A DNA stretch of 64,000 bases from an uncultured bacterium (GTDB lineage Bacteria > Planctomycetota > JAJSAM01 > JAJVHW01), in assembly GCA_937996235.1 (NCBI GenBank), contig CALKVK010000015.1, forward strand, positions 29,744-93,743, written 5' to 3'. The position numbers and the translations under genes were made by a program. Every line of letters starts with the position of its first letter. Position 1 is the first letter of the stretch. The notes beneath the pieces are model-generated. The model saw only the letters and a list, made by a program, of their open reading frames with translations, was not told the origin of the DNA and did no database searches. This document shows positions 50,861 through 61,062 of this stretch, piece by piece.

Positions 50861-51149
50861 CCATCTGCCTGTTCGTCCCCGCGCGGGGCCCGGACACGAC
50901 ACGAGAGGGCCCGCGCGCATGCAGTTCCCCACACTCCCGGAACTCCTCCTCCGCGCCCGCGCGTCACGCGCCCGCGGATTGGTGACGAATGTTGCGCCGC
51001 CTCCGGCGCATGGCTACGATCCGGCGCCGACTCGTCCGGACTCCCTCCGGGGACGCGGAACCGCGGCGTCCGAGCGGCGCGCGGCGTCGCTCGCCGGGCG
51101 CGCGGCGGCATCGTGGCGCGCCCGTCGCGCCCCATCGACCGAGGTGACC

Positions 51150-54134
51150 ATGCCCCGCCGTTCGCTCCTCCCGCGCTTCGTCCTCGTGGTCGCCGGGCTC
51201 GTCGCGGCCTGCGGCATCGCCCACGCGTACGAGGACGACTTCGAGTTCGCGCAGGCGCTGGCGGACCGCGGCTACACCGACCTCGCGGAGCAGCAGTTCC
51301 GGGCCCTGCTCTCGGACCCGAAGCGCAGCGCGAAGGAGAAGGCCGAGGGGCAGTACGGGCTCGCGATCATCAAGCGCATCGACGCGCTCGCAGCGGCACG
51401 CGAGACGAGCGAGCGGCGCCGCAGGCCGCTGAAGGAGGTCCTCGACCTCTTCCGCCAGGCCGACGCGGCGATCGCCTCGTTCATCGAGGCCAACGCCGCG
51501 CACCAGCGCGTGCTCGAGGCGAAGCTCGACCGCGCGAACCTGATCACCGACCGCGCCAACTACATCAACCTCGCGATCGAGCGCGGCTGGCTGCCGGCGG
51601 ACGTCTCCGAGGGCGATCTGCAGAAGGAGGTCGCGCAGGGCTACGACACGGCGATCTCGCTCCTGCAGGCCGTGCAGGACAAGGCGAAGAAGGACGTCGA
51701 GGGCAAGGCGCTCGGCACCGAGGAGTACGAGGACGCGCAGGAGCGCCTGGGCCTCGTGTGGCTGCACCGCATCGTGGCGCTGTACGGCAAGGGCGCCGCG
51801 CTGCCGCGCGGCGACACGAGCGGCGTCGCCGCGCTGAACGCGGCGATCTCCGAGGTCACCGACTACCTGTGGTCGTTCGACGGCACGCTGCGCGGCCTGT
51901 GGGCCTCGTACTACGGCGGGCTCGCGAACTGGAAGCTCGACCGGACGACGGACGCCGTGCGCGACATGGGCGACGTCACGGGGTACGTGAGCGAGTCCGA
52001 CGGCGTCCCGGCGGCGCGCGGCGTCTCGCTGCAGGCGTACGAGATGCTCGGCACGATCGCGCTCGACGCCGCCGACCGCAAGGGCGAGGAGGAGCTCGCG
52101 CGCACGGCGCTGGCGCGCCTCGACCGCCTGCCCGGACAGTGGCCGACGTACCTCGACGACGCCGCCGGGCAGCGCGCGGCGGTGTCGCGCGCACGTCTCC
52201 TCGCTCGTGCGCAGCGCACGCGCGAGGCGATCGAGCTGCTGCAGAACGTCCTGAAGAAGGCCGACGAGAAGCACACGGGCGTCGACGGCGCCGCGGGCGA
52301 GCTGCTCGCCGAGCTCCTCACGTCGACCGCGTCGGGCGGCGTCAAGCTCGACCCGGCGCTCCTGAACAGGATCGCGATCGCGAAGTGGCGCGACGGCGAC
52401 TACCCCGGTGCGATCCGGGCGTTCCAGGGCGTCATCGGTGCGTGCCGCACGCCCGAGCAGCGCGACGAGTTCGCGTGGGACGCGTGGGACTACATCGGCC
52501 GCTGCTACGGCATCGAGGAGCGCTGGTACGAGGCGTTCCTGGCGTTCGACGCCATCGAGAAGGCGTGGCAGGCGGACCAGAAGAGCGCGAAGCTCGCCGA
52601 GATCACGCAGGAGACCGGCTGGAACCGCGCGCAGGTCGTCGGCAAGCTCGGCATCGTCACGAAGGACGCGGCGGAGTCGGCGCGGCTCAAGGCGTGGGCG
52701 AAGGAGCTCCTCGACGAGTTCGCGCGCAACCACCCGGAGAGCCCGCGCAACCAGGGCGCGGAGCTGCAGGCCGCGACCGAGAAGCTGCGCGACGCGCAGG
52801 GCATGCGGCGCACGGGCGACTACGCCGGCGCCCTCGCCAAGTACGACGAGGCGATCGCCGCCCTCACCGCGACCGACAAGGGCAGCAGCCAGATCGACAA
52901 GGTCGAGGCGCTGATCGCGCAGGCGCGCCGCGAGACCGCGCGCTGCCTGCACGAGCAGAAGGACGACGCCGGCGCGGTCAAGGCGCTCGACGAGGCGCTG
53001 CGGCTGTCGCGCGCGTGGCTCGCGAAGCAGCGCCCCGCGGCCGAGGTCTCGACGGTGCGCCAGGCGCGCGCCGCCGGCGAGTCCATCGCGCTCACGAACA
53101 TCCTGACCGCACTGGCGGAGAAGGCCGACTACGTCGCGCAGGACCAGCGCAAGGCGGTCTTCGAGGAGCTCCTGAAGGAGATCGACGCCAAGGGCGCCGA
53201 CTTCCTGCGGGCCGTGAGCCGCGGCCAGACCCTGCTCGACCAGTGGCGCACGGAGGCGCTGATCGGCACGGACCAGGTCGAGAAGGCGGAGAAGCTGCTG
53301 CAGGACCTGCTCGCCAAGGACCCGGATCTGGCGAACGGCCCCTACCTCGCCGCGCTGGTCGCGCGCGCGCTCGAGACCGAGGCCAACACCTGGCTCGACA
53401 AGGGCGACGAGGGCCGCTACCGCACGCTCATGCTGCGCTCGGCGCGCCTGCGCGAGTACGCGATCACCAAGGCGGGAGACCCGAGCCCCGAGTCGTACCT
53501 CTCCCTCGCCTCCACCTTCCGGAAGTCGGGAGACCTCGAGAAGGCCGAGGAGTACTACCGCAAGGCCCAGGAGGCCTACGCGGGGCGCGGCGACGACGAG
53601 CGCGCCCGCGCCGTGCGGCTCGAGCTGATCAACCTGCTCGTGGACCAGCGCAAGTTCGAGGACGCGATCCGGCCGCTCGAGGTCGAGCTCGTCCCCGACC
53701 AGGGCGCGCGCCTCGCCGTGCTCGACCGCCTCGCGAAGGACGACAGCCTCACGAAGGAGGAGCTCGAGAAGCTCCTCGAGACGATGTCGCGCAACCGGCG
53801 CGTGCTCGACGTGCTGGCGCGCGCGTACGTCGAGGCGGCGCGCGACGACAAGGACCTGCTGCGCTCCGTCAACCTGACGAACGTGCTGCTGTACTGCCAG
53901 CCCGACGAGGACAAGTACGGTCCCGACTGGGTCGAGTACCAGCTCCGCCTCTCCACGGCCTACTTCAAGTACGGCGCGCTGAAGAACGACCCCGAGGCCT
54001 TCAAGAAGGTCGAGCGGCTGATCCAGACGCGGCTGGTCGTGCAGAACCTGCTCGACACGTGCAACCAGCTCGTGCCGGGCTCGAAGAAGAAGTTCGAGGA
54101 CCTGCTCGCCCGCGCGAAGAGCGGGGGCAGGTAG
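51150..54134 (+). CDS. Large (994 aa) all-helical TPR-like lipoprotein
   Basis: Signal plus lipobox MPRRSLLPRFVLVVAGLVAACG. There are many TPR/Sel1-like helical pairs, e.g. YAGALAKYDEAIAAL...LSLASTFRKSGDLEKAEEYYRKAQEAY. The R-rich 77 codons upstream in the track ORF were rejected. Confidence 0.65.
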   Translation: MPRRSLLPRFVLVVAGLVAACGIAHAYEDDFEFAQALADRGYTDLAEQQFRALLSDPKRSAKEKAEGQYGLAIIKRIDALAAARETSERRRRPLKEVLDLFRQADAAIASFIEANAAHQRVLEAKLDRANLITDRANYINLAIERGWLPADVSEGDLQKEVAQGYDTAISLLQAVQDKAKKDVEGKALGTEEYEDAQERLGLVWLHRIVALYGKGAALPRGDTSGVAALNAAISEVTDYLWSFDGTLRGLWASYYGGLANWKLDRTTDAVRDMGDVTGYVSESDGVPAARGVSLQAYEMLGTIALDAADRKGEEELARTALARLDRLPGQWPTYLDDAAGQRAAVSRARLLARAQRTREAIELLQNVLKKADEKHTGVDGAAGELLAELLTSTASGGVKLDPALLNRIAIAKWRDGDYPGAIRAFQGVIGACRTPEQRDEFAWDAWDYIGRCYGIEERWYEAFLAFDAIEKAWQADQKSAKLAEITQETGWNRAQVVGKLGIVTKDAAESARLKAWAKELLDEFARNHPESPRNQGAELQAATEKLRDAQGMRRTGDYAGALAKYDEAIAALTATDKGSSQIDKVEALIAQARRETARCLHEQKDDAGAVKALDEALRLSRAWLAKQRPAAEVSTVRQARAAGESIALTNILTALAEKADYVAQDQRKAVFEELLKEIDAKGADFLRAVSRGQTLLDQWRTEALIGTDQVEKAEKLLQDLLAKDPDLANGPYLAALVARALETEANTWLDKGDEGRYRTLMLRSARLREYAITKAGDPSPESYLSLASTFRKSGDLEKAEEYYRKAQEAYAGRGDDERARAVRLELINLLVDQRKFEDAIRPLEVELVPDQGARLAVLDRLAKDDSLTKEELEKLLETMSRNRRVLDVLARAYVEAARDDKDLLRSVNLTNVLLYCQPDEDKYGPDWVEYQLRLSTAYFKYGALKNDPEAFKKVERLIQTRLVVQNLLDTCNQLVPGSKKKFEDLLARAKSGGR

Positions 54135-54152
54135 CCCGTGAGGGACGCAACG

Positions 54153-55316
54153 ATGCCGACGACCCGGAACACGCTCATCCGCCCTGCCGCCGCCCTGGCG
54201 CTCGCCTTGGCGCTCGGCTCACCGGCGCGCAGCGCGGACGACCACGCGGCCGCCGCCGGTCCGCCGCCGGACACGATCGTGTACGAGGACGGCGGCGAGC
54301 AGAAGTCGCGCACCGACGTCGTCGTCGAGAGCGCCGACTGGGACGCCGTCGCCTACAAGGCCGGCGCGCGCTCCGCGTCGCAGCCGGGCAACACGGTCGT
54401 CGAGGTGCGCTGGGGCGACGCGCCCCCGGAGTACGCCGTCGGCTGGCGCGCCGTCGCAGGTCGCGACGGTGCCGCCGCCCGCGACGCGTTCAACGCGTGC
54501 CTCGCCGCGAAGGCGGCGGGAGTGGTCTCGCGCCCGTGGATCGACGAGTACGCGCAGATCGGCCTCGGCGAGGCGTGCCTCCTGCTCGCCGCCGCCGAGA
54601 AGGGCAAGACGTCGGCGGCCGTCGACGCGTTCACCGCGGCGCAGAAGGCGAACCCCAAGAGCCTGATGGCGGATCGCATCCTGAAGGGGCTGGCCGAGGC
54701 CGCGCTGATCGCGGGCAAGCCGGACGAGGCGCGCAAGCAGAGCGACGCGCTCCTCTCGGCGGGCCGCACCGCGCGGCGCCCGGAGTGGGAGATCGACGCC
54801 CTCTTCCTGCGCGCCGACATCGCGCGTCAGGCGAAGAACCCGGCCGAGGTCTCGCAGGCGTACGAGGAGGCGGCCCGCGTCGCGGAGCAGCAGGCGGGCG
54901 CCGCGCGCGCCCCGGCGGAGCGCCAGCGCTTCGAGCGCCTGCGGCGCCGCGCGGCGGCGTCCGCGGGCTGGGTGCTCGTGGACCAGGCGCTCGAGACCAA
55001 GGCCCCGGCCGACTTCGACCGGGCACGCGACTACTTCCAGGGCCTGCCGGGCAAGCTCGGACAGGTGCCGGAGGTCCTCTCGTCGGTCGAGAACGCGACG
55101 GGCGTGATCAAGCTCGCCGCCGGCGACACGTTCGGTGCGCTCCACCACTTCCAGACCACCGAGGTGCTGCACTTCGGCGTTCCGGACGAGGTGGCGCGGT
55201 CGCTGTGGTACCAGGCCGAGTGCTGGGACAAGCTCGGCGACACCGCACAGAGGGACGCGCGGCTGCGCGACCTTCGCAAGTACTATCCCAAGTCAGAGTG
55301 GGCCCGGAGGAAGTAG
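54153..55316 (+). CDS. Periplasmic TPR-repeat protein (387 aa)
   Basis: Signal MPTTRNTLIRPAAALALALALGSPARSA. It ends in TPR-like helices (...ARSLWYQAECWDKLGDTAQRDARLRDLRKYYPKSEW). Confidence 0.6.
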   Translation: MPTTRNTLIRPAAALALALALGSPARSADDHAAAAGPPPDTIVYEDGGEQKSRTDVVVESADWDAVAYKAGARSASQPGNTVVEVRWGDAPPEYAVGWRAVAGRDGAAARDAFNACLAAKAAGVVSRPWIDEYAQIGLGEACLLLAAAEKGKTSAAVDAFTAAQKANPKSLMADRILKGLAEAALIAGKPDEARKQSDALLSAGRTARRPEWEIDALFLRADIARQAKNPAEVSQAYEEAARVAEQQAGAARAPAERQRFERLRRRAAASAGWVLVDQALETKAPADFDRARDYFQGLPGKLGQVPEVLSSVENATGVIKLAAGDTFGALHHFQTTEVLHFGVPDEVARSLWYQAECWDKLGDTAQRDARLRDLRKYYPKSEWARRK

Positions 55317-55405
55317 GGTCTCGCGCACGCCGACGTGGGGTCCGTCGGCGGGCGGGATCGAGAGACGCCTCCGGAACGAGGGCTTACAGCCAAGGAGTGC
55401 CCTGC

Positions 55406-56140
55406 ATGCGCAAGTGGAAGAGCAACCTGACCGCCGGGCTGGCGGTGACGTTCATGACCGCGCTGCCGGCCGTGACCGCGTTCGCCCAGGACGCGGCCCC
55501 GGTGGTCGCGCCCGAGGACGAGGTGACCATCGGCAAGGTCATCGCGTGGGGCGGCGTCGTCGGCGGCGTGATCATCCTGATCTCGATCACGATGGTCGCG
55601 CTGGTCATCGAGCACTTCGTGTCGATCAAGCGCGACAAGATCGTGCCGCCCGAGATCATCGACGAGATCGAGGCGCTGTTCGAGGAGGAGGAGTACCAGG
55701 AGGCGCTCGAGCTCTGCGAGTCCGAGCCCAACTACCTCACGAACATGCTCGCGGCCGCGCTCCCGAAGATGAACGCCGGCTTCGACACGATGGAGGAGCA
55801 CCTCGACGAGGCGCACAGCCTCGAGGCGATGAAGCTCCACACCAAGATCAGCTACCTGTCGCTGATCGCGAACCTCGCCCCGATGCTCGGCCTGTACGGG
55901 ACGGTGCAGGGAATGGTGGGCGCGTTCAACAAGATCGTGCAGCTCGGACCGGCCGTGACGCCGAAGGACCTCGCCTCGGGCGTGCAGCAGGCGCTCATCA
56001 CGACGCTCTTCGGACTCGTCGTGGCGATCCCGGCGATCGGCTTCTTCTTCTACTTCCGTAACAAGGTCGTGCGGATCACCTACGAGTTCAAGGCGATCGG
56101 CGAGGACCTCATCGAGCGGTTCCGGCCGCAGCAGCGGTAA
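55406..56140 (+). CDS. exbB: MotA/TolQ/ExbB proton-channel protein with a cleavable N-terminal signal peptide
   Basis: RBS AAGGAG. MRKWKSNLTAGLAVTFMTALPAVTAFAQ signal. Three TMs plus the conserved LAPMLGLYGTVQGMVGAF...TTLFGLVVAIPAIGFFFYF motif. Confidence 0.85.
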   Translation: MRKWKSNLTAGLAVTFMTALPAVTAFAQDAAPVVAPEDEVTIGKVIAWGGVVGGVIILISITMVALVIEHFVSIKRDKIVPPEIIDEIEALFEEEEYQEALELCESEPNYLTNMLAAALPKMNAGFDTMEEHLDEAHSLEAMKLHTKISYLSLIANLAPMLGLYGTVQGMVGAFNKIVQLGPAVTPKDLASGVQQALITTLFGLVVAIPAIGFFFYFRNKVVRITYEFKAIGEDLIERFRPQQR

Positions 56141-56146
56141 CGCCAC

Positions 56147-56671
56147 ATGGCGAAGAAGCGCACGACTGCGGAGGCCGGGAAGGACGTCGAGGGCGGGGCC
56201 GAGATGGACATGACCCCGATGATCGACATCACCTTCCAGCTCATCGTCTTCTTCCTCGTCGCGAACGACCTGACCCGCAAGGAGGTCGAGGAGCTCAAGC
56301 TCCCGCAGGCGATCTACGGCAAGGAGGACAAGGCGACCGAGAAGGACCGCCGTGTGATCATCAACATCCTCGCCCCGGAGGACAGGGCGAACCCGCCTGA
56401 CATCCCCGAGGTGAAGGTCAAGGGCAAGCCCTACGGACTCGACGACCTCGAGCGTCTGATGCGCACCGAGGCCGACTCGAAGCGCGAGACGGACGGTCCG
56501 GGTGCGCCGAGTGCGATCTTCGTTCTGATCCGCGCCGACAAGGACACGCCGTGGCAGCACGTCCAGTACGTGATGCAGGTCTGCGCCGACCCGTCGATCC
56601 GCATCTACAAGATGCAGTTCGCGACGACGAAGCGTGACGACGGCAAGGCCACGTCGGCGAGCGGTGAATAG
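56147..56671 (+). CDS. exbD: ExbD/TolR family protein (paralog 1)
   Basis: MDMTPMIDITFQLIVFFLV TM region plus a periplasmic ExbD domain. Confidence 0.85.
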   Translation: MAKKRTTAEAGKDVEGGAEMDMTPMIDITFQLIVFFLVANDLTRKEVEELKLPQAIYGKEDKATEKDRRVIINILAPEDRANPPDIPEVKVKGKPYGLDDLERLMRTEADSKRETDGPGAPSAIFVLIRADKDTPWQHVQYVMQVCADPSIRIYKMQFATTKRDDGKATSASGE

Positions 56672-56680
56672 GAGCATCCC

Positions 56681-57199
56681 ATGAACGAAGAAGAGATGCC
56701 GAAGCCGAACATGACGCCGATGATCGACGTCGTGTTCCAGTTGCTGGTCTTCTTCCTCGTCTCGATGAAGTTCAAGACGCTGGACATGAAGATCGAGGCG
56801 TTCCTGCCGAAGGATCGCGGGCTTTCGCCCGAGATCGCGACGCTCGAGGAGAAGCCCAAGATCACCGCTGTGCTCAAGCGGAAGGTCGAGGGCGGAGGCC
56901 TCGAGAACAGCACGCGCATCCGTGTGCAGAACGCCACCCTCGGAACCGGCGACAAGCAGGAGACCTGGGATCTGCTCACGCAGCAGGCCAAGGCGCTCCT
57001 CGACCGCCACAAGGCGAACGGCGGCGCTGCGGAGGACGTGAAGGGCGAGGTCGATGCCTCGGCCCTCGTGCCCACGGGCGACGTCGTGCGTGCGGTGGAC
57101 GCGTTCCTCGCCGCCGGACTCCAGGACGTGACGTTCATCGGCACGCCCCCCCCGAACTCGAACCTGGCGAAGATCCGCAAGGCCGCGGGCACTCGCTGA
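56681..57199 (+). CDS. exbD: ExbD/TolR family protein (paralog 2)
   Basis: PNMTPMIDVVFQLLVFFLVSMKFKTLDMKIEAFLPK. Confidence 0.85.
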   Translation: MNEEEMPKPNMTPMIDVVFQLLVFFLVSMKFKTLDMKIEAFLPKDRGLSPEIATLEEKPKITAVLKRKVEGGGLENSTRIRVQNATLGTGDKQETWDLLTQQAKALLDRHKANGGAAEDVKGEVDASALVPTGDVVRAVDAFLAAGLQDVTFIGTPPPNSNLAKIRKAAGTR

Positions 57200-57389
57200 G
57201 GGTTCAGGACCCCGTATCGACCCCTTGCGCACACTCCGTGCCGCCCCGGCCCTGCCGGGGCGGCACACCGCGCTGCCTCCCCTGCCTGCCTGATCCCGAG
57301 TCGTGAGCGGGTGCTCGCGCGACGGCGCGACGCCCTCCCCCACCGCCTGTCCCGTCCCCGGCCGCGCGCGCGAGCGCAGGAGGCCGGAC

Positions 57390-57902
57390 GTGAGACGCCG
57401 ACGCGAAACCGACTCGAACCGCGACGCCACGGCGGCGTCGCCGGACCTGACGCCCCTCGTGGACGTCACCTTCCAGCTCCTCGTGTTCCTGCTCGTCGTG
57501 AACGACATCACGGCCCGGCAGAACGAGGAACTCGTGCTGCCGGAAGCGCAGCACGCGACCGAACTGCGCCCCGACGACGCGACGTGCACGGTCAACGTGC
57601 TCGCGCCCACGGACCCCGCGGACGACGCCGCGCCGCCGCGCGTGCGGGTGTCCGGGCGGACGCTCGACCTGCCGGATCTCGTCGACACGCTGCGCGCGTT
57701 CGCGGACCGCGAACGTGACGGCCGCGAGCCGCGCGCGCCGAGCGCGTCGGCCGTCCTGATCCGTGCCGACGCGGGCGCTCCGTGGCGCCACGTCCAGCTC
57801 GTCATGCAGGCCTGCGTCGACGACGACGTGCGCATCGTGCGCGTGCAGTTCGCGACGCGCGGCCCGGCCACCGAACCCAGCCGAGAGGAGGCACGCCGAT
57901 GA
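57390..57902 (+). CDS. exbD: ExbD/TolR family protein (paralog 3, divergent)
   Basis: GTG start with GGAGG 7 nt upstream. DLTPLVDVTFQLLVFLLVVNDI. The C-terminus RADAGAPWRHVQLVMQACVDDDVRIVRVQFAT parallels paralog 1. Confidence 0.7.
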   Translation: MRRRRETDSNRDATAASPDLTPLVDVTFQLLVFLLVVNDITARQNEELVLPEAQHATELRPDDATCTVNVLAPTDPADDAAPPRVRVSGRTLDLPDLVDTLRAFADRERDGREPRAPSASAVLIRADAGAPWRHVQLVMQACVDDDVRIVRVQFATRGPATEPSREEARR

Positions 57903-58354
57903 ACGACGACACACTCCCCCGCCCGAACATGACGCCGATGATCGACGTCGTCTTCCAGCTCCTGGTCTTCTTCCTCGTGTCGATGAAGTTCAAGACGCTC
58001 GACATGAAGATCGAGGCGCAGCTGCCGAAGCAGGTCGGGCTGAGCGACACGTTCGTCGATCCGCCGCCCGTCACACGCGTCTCGGCCCGGCTGGTCCGCA
58101 GCGGCCGGGCGACCGACCTGCGTCTCGACGGGCAGCGCCTCGGCACGGCCGACGATCCCGCGACGTGGGGGCGGCTCGCCGCATCGGCGCGCGGCATCCG
58201 CGCGCGGCACCTCGGCGCCGGTCTCGCGCCCGACGACCTCGTCGCGGAGGTCGACGGCAGCCGCGACGTCGCGACCGGCGACGTCGTGCACGCCATCGAC
58301 ACGCTGTTGGCAGCGGACATCGGGAACGTCCAGTTCCGCGGTGCCCGTCGGTGA
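57899..58354 (+). CDS. exbD: ExbD/TolR family protein (paralog 4)
   Basis: ATG overlapping the upstream stop (ATGA). PNMTPMIDVVFQLLVFFLVSMKFKTLDMKIEAQLPK. The 5' 96 nt are ~94% identical to paralog 2. Confidence 0.8.
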   Translation: MNDDTLPRPNMTPMIDVVFQLLVFFLVSMKFKTLDMKIEAQLPKQVGLSDTFVDPPPVTRVSARLVRSGRATDLRLDGQRLGTADDPATWGRLAASARGIRARHLGAGLAPDDLVAEVDGSRDVATGDVVHAIDTLLAADIGNVQFRGARR

Positions 58355-58391
58355 GAGGCACACCGCGTGCGAAGCACGCGGTGCGCCTCTC
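58353..58391 (+). terminator. Strong intrinsic terminator hairpin after the exbB-exbD x4 operon
   Basis: 18-bp stem GAGAGGCACACCGCGTGC / GCACGCGGTGCGCCTCTC (one mismatch) with a GAA loop. It overlaps the stop codon. Confidence 0.6.
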
Positions 58392-58668
58392 GCTCTAGTG
58401 GGGTGCACGCGGGCGTGCGTCACCTACGCAGGTGACGTCCGCCCCCTCGGTCGCACTGCCCGCGAGCACCATCCCGCCGGCACTGGCGCGTGCGGGGCAC
58501 GCGCGCGCCGGCGGGCGGCGGCCCTCTCGTTGCGAAGGGGACGGTCCTCGCGCAGGCTCGTGACGCAACGGGGAGTTGCGACGGGGACACTCCTGCCGCC
58601 GCGCGCTCGGGCGTCGGACGCGCCCCGCGATGACGATCGGGCGACGGAGCGCTGGTAGTGTCGCCGGG

Positions 58669-60552
58669 ATGCCGTCGCGTTCCGGTCCGCTGGTGGTCGT
58701 CGCGCTCTGCGTGGCGGGCGTCGTGGCGACCGCGCTCGCCTTCGTCTGGCGCGCGGAGCGACGCCCCACCGCCGTCGTCCTCATCAGCATCGACACGCTC
58801 CGCGCCGACCACGTGGGCGCCATCGCGGCGGCGACGGGCACCGACGGTGCTGCGGATCTGACGCCGCACCTCGATGCGCTCGCCGCCCGCGGCGCCGTCT
58901 TCACGCGGGCGTGGACGACCGCGCCCCTGACGGTCCCGGCGCACGCCAGCCTGCTCACGGGGCTCGTGCCGCCCGTGCACGGGCTGCGCACGAACTCCGG
59001 CGCGGCACGCATCCCGCCTGCCGAGACGCGGCGCTACCCGACGGTCGCCGAGGCGCTCCACGAGCAGGGCTGGCGCACCGGTGCGTTCGTCTCGGCGTCC
59101 GTCCTCCGCGCCGACCGCACGGGCCTCGCGGCCGGCTTCGACGTCTACGACGACGTCCCCGCCGCCGCCCCCGGGGCCCTGCACGACGCGGAGCGGCGCG
59201 CCGAGGAGACGGTCGCCGCGGCGCTCGCATGGCTCCGAGGCGGCTCCGGCAGCACGTTCCTGTGGGTGCACCTGTTCGACCCGCACGCTCCCTACGCCGC
59301 ACCGCAGCCCTGGGGCGCCGGCGCCGAGCACTCCGCGGACGCGACGGGGTACGCCGGCGAGGTCCGCTACGTCGATCATGCCGTCGGGCTCCTGCTCGAC
59401 GGACTCGCCGCCGCGGGCTACCGCAACGCCGCCGTCGTCGTCGTCGCGGACCACGGAGAAGCGCTCGGCGAGCACGGCGAGCCGACCCACGGCTTCCTGC
59501 TCCACGAGGCGACGCTGCACGTGCCGCTCCTCGTCGCTGCGCCCGGACTCGTGGCCGCAGGCCTCGTCCGCGAGGACCCGGTCTCGATCGCGGACGTCGC
59601 GCCGACGCTCCTCGGCTTCGCCGACGTGCCGGTGCCTCCGGGGCTCGGCGGGCGGCCGCTGTTCGCCGCCGGCGCACCGGGCGAGCGCCGGGCGCCCTAC
59701 GCCGAGTCGCTCTACGGCTGGGAGACCGCGCGCTGGGCGCAGGTGTTCGCGCTCCGCGACGGCGACCGCAAGCTGGTGGACGCGGGCCCGCACACGCTCG
59801 AGGCCGACCTCGCCCGCGACCCGCGCGAGCTCGCCGTCACCAGGCGCGCGGTCCCGTCGCCCGGGACCCCGCCCGCGGACGCGACGGCGGCCGCCGCGGA
59901 GCGCGACGTCGTCGAGTCCCTCCGGTCGGTCGCCGCCCTGCCGCCCTTGGACGCCCCGTCGGCCGCCGCAGCGCCGGAACTCGCGGGCGGCTCGTACTGG
60001 GCACCCGCCGGCACGGGAGCGACGACGATCCTCTCCCGCGCCGAGAACGCCGCCCTGCCGAGCCCCTACGACCGGATGGACGTCGTCCGCGAGCTCGACG
60101 CCGCCCGCGCGCTCCTCGCCGGGGGCGACCCCGCCCGCGCCGTGACCGCGTTCGCGGCGGTCGTCGCGCTCGACCCGGCGAACCCGCAGGCCCGCCAGTG
60201 GCTCGCACGGGCCCGGCTCGGAGCCGGCGACCCGCTCGGCGCGGCGGCCGACTTCCGGGCGGCGTTCGGGCTGGGCTGGCAGGACGCAGCCTGCGTCGCG
60301 AAGGCGCTGCAGGCCTCGGCGGCCGGCGTCGAGTCCGACCCCGAGGAGGCCGGGCGTGCCCTGAAGTTCCTGGAGGAGGCGCGCGGGAAGGGCCTCCGGA
60401 GCGACGGTCCCGTGTACGTGTTCGAGGCGCTGCTCCTGGCCGCGGCCGGACGGACGGACGCCGCCCGCCGCGCCCTCGCGGCGGCGCGCCGCGAGCCCCC
60501 GACGCCCTGGCTCGAGAAGGCCGTCCGGGAGCTCGGCGAGGCGCTGCGATGA
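58669..60552 (+). CDS. Membrane-anchored sulfatase/alkaline-phosphatase-superfamily protein with a C-terminal TPR domain
   Basis: TM LVVVALCVAGVVATALAFVW. VVLISIDTLRADHVG ... PAHASLLTG ... HLFDPHAPY ... VVVVADHGEALGEHG are sulfatase/LTA-synthase-type metal-site motifs. TPR-like helices follow from ~aa 480. In-frame alternative starts exist at 58576 and 58630. Confidence 0.7.
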   Translation: MPSRSGPLVVVALCVAGVVATALAFVWRAERRPTAVVLISIDTLRADHVGAIAAATGTDGAADLTPHLDALAARGAVFTRAWTTAPLTVPAHASLLTGLVPPVHGLRTNSGAARIPPAETRRYPTVAEALHEQGWRTGAFVSASVLRADRTGLAAGFDVYDDVPAAAPGALHDAERRAEETVAAALAWLRGGSGSTFLWVHLFDPHAPYAAPQPWGAGAEHSADATGYAGEVRYVDHAVGLLLDGLAAAGYRNAAVVVVADHGEALGEHGEPTHGFLLHEATLHVPLLVAAPGLVAAGLVREDPVSIADVAPTLLGFADVPVPPGLGGRPLFAAGAPGERRAPYAESLYGWETARWAQVFALRDGDRKLVDAGPHTLEADLARDPRELAVTRRAVPSPGTPPADATAAAAERDVVESLRSVAALPPLDAPSAAAAPELAGGSYWAPAGTGATTILSRAENAALPSPYDRMDVVRELDAARALLAGGDPARAVTAFAAVVALDPANPQARQWLARARLGAGDPLGAAADFRAAFGLGWQDAACVAKALQASAAGVESDPEEAGRALKFLEEARGKGLRSDGPVYVFEALLLAAAGRTDAARRALAAARREPPTPWLEKAVRELGEALR

Positions 60553-60637
60553 GCGCACTCCGGACACGTCGCGGAACCCCGGATTCGAGGCTGCGGCAGC
60601 GTGACAGACGGGTGACCTGCGAGGCGTAATCCGTGTT

Positions 60638-61062
60638 GGATTGAATGGTTGACCTCGTGTCCGAGCGCTGGCTAGCATCCGCGACTCGGGCACGGCCGGG
60701 CAGGCTCCGGATGCAGATCGGGAGAGGGTCCGGCAGGCTCGCGTGAGGCGGAGCAGCAGAGCGGCCGGATGGGCCGCGAGGCGGCCGTCGGGCGCGGGCC
60801 GGGGCACGTGACCGGACCGAAGGAACGGAAGGGCATGTCCTCCTCGATGGCGAGGAGGGCCGGAGGGAGGCCGCGCAGGCCGCCCCTCGTGGCCCGGCGA
60901 TCCAGCAGGATCGACGGGCGTGCAGGGCAGAGCCGGGTCGCTGATGCGATCCCGGACGGGAAGGACGGGCCCGGACAGGAAGAACGGGCACGGCGCCGTG
61001 CGGCCTCCGGGCTCGCACGTGGGCCGGTGCCTCCGCTGCGGAGGCACGTCACTCAGGTTTTT
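60638..61062 (+). ncRNA. Putative long GGA-rich leader or small RNA upstream of secretin 2
   Basis: Candidate promoter TTGACC - 17 - CTAGCAT (60638..60672). A ~380-nt purine-rich tract carries ~14 GGA motifs, including tandem 16-mers GGAC(G/A)GGAAG(G/A)ACGGG at 60954..60987. It ends with a 9-bp hairpin GTGCCTCCG-CTG-CGGAGGCAC (61027..61047) and TTTTT (61058..61062), ~110 nt before the ATG. Confidence 0.25.

Noticed and set aside
50919-51149. In-frame N-terminal extension (77 aa, MQFPTLPELLLRARASRARG...) of the large TPR lipoprotein
   Set aside because: It is R-rich with no signal peptide. A clean lipoprotein signal begins at M51150, and candidate promoters lie inside the extension.
48051-58423. 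Long minus-strand ORFs (948, 662, 1046 aa) and the 5' 1430 aa of the 1675-aa plus ORF across the secretin/TPR/ExbBD cluster
   Set aside because: They are antisense or alternate-frame to the genes supported by lipoboxes, secretin and ExbB/ExbD motifs. They are RG-rich.
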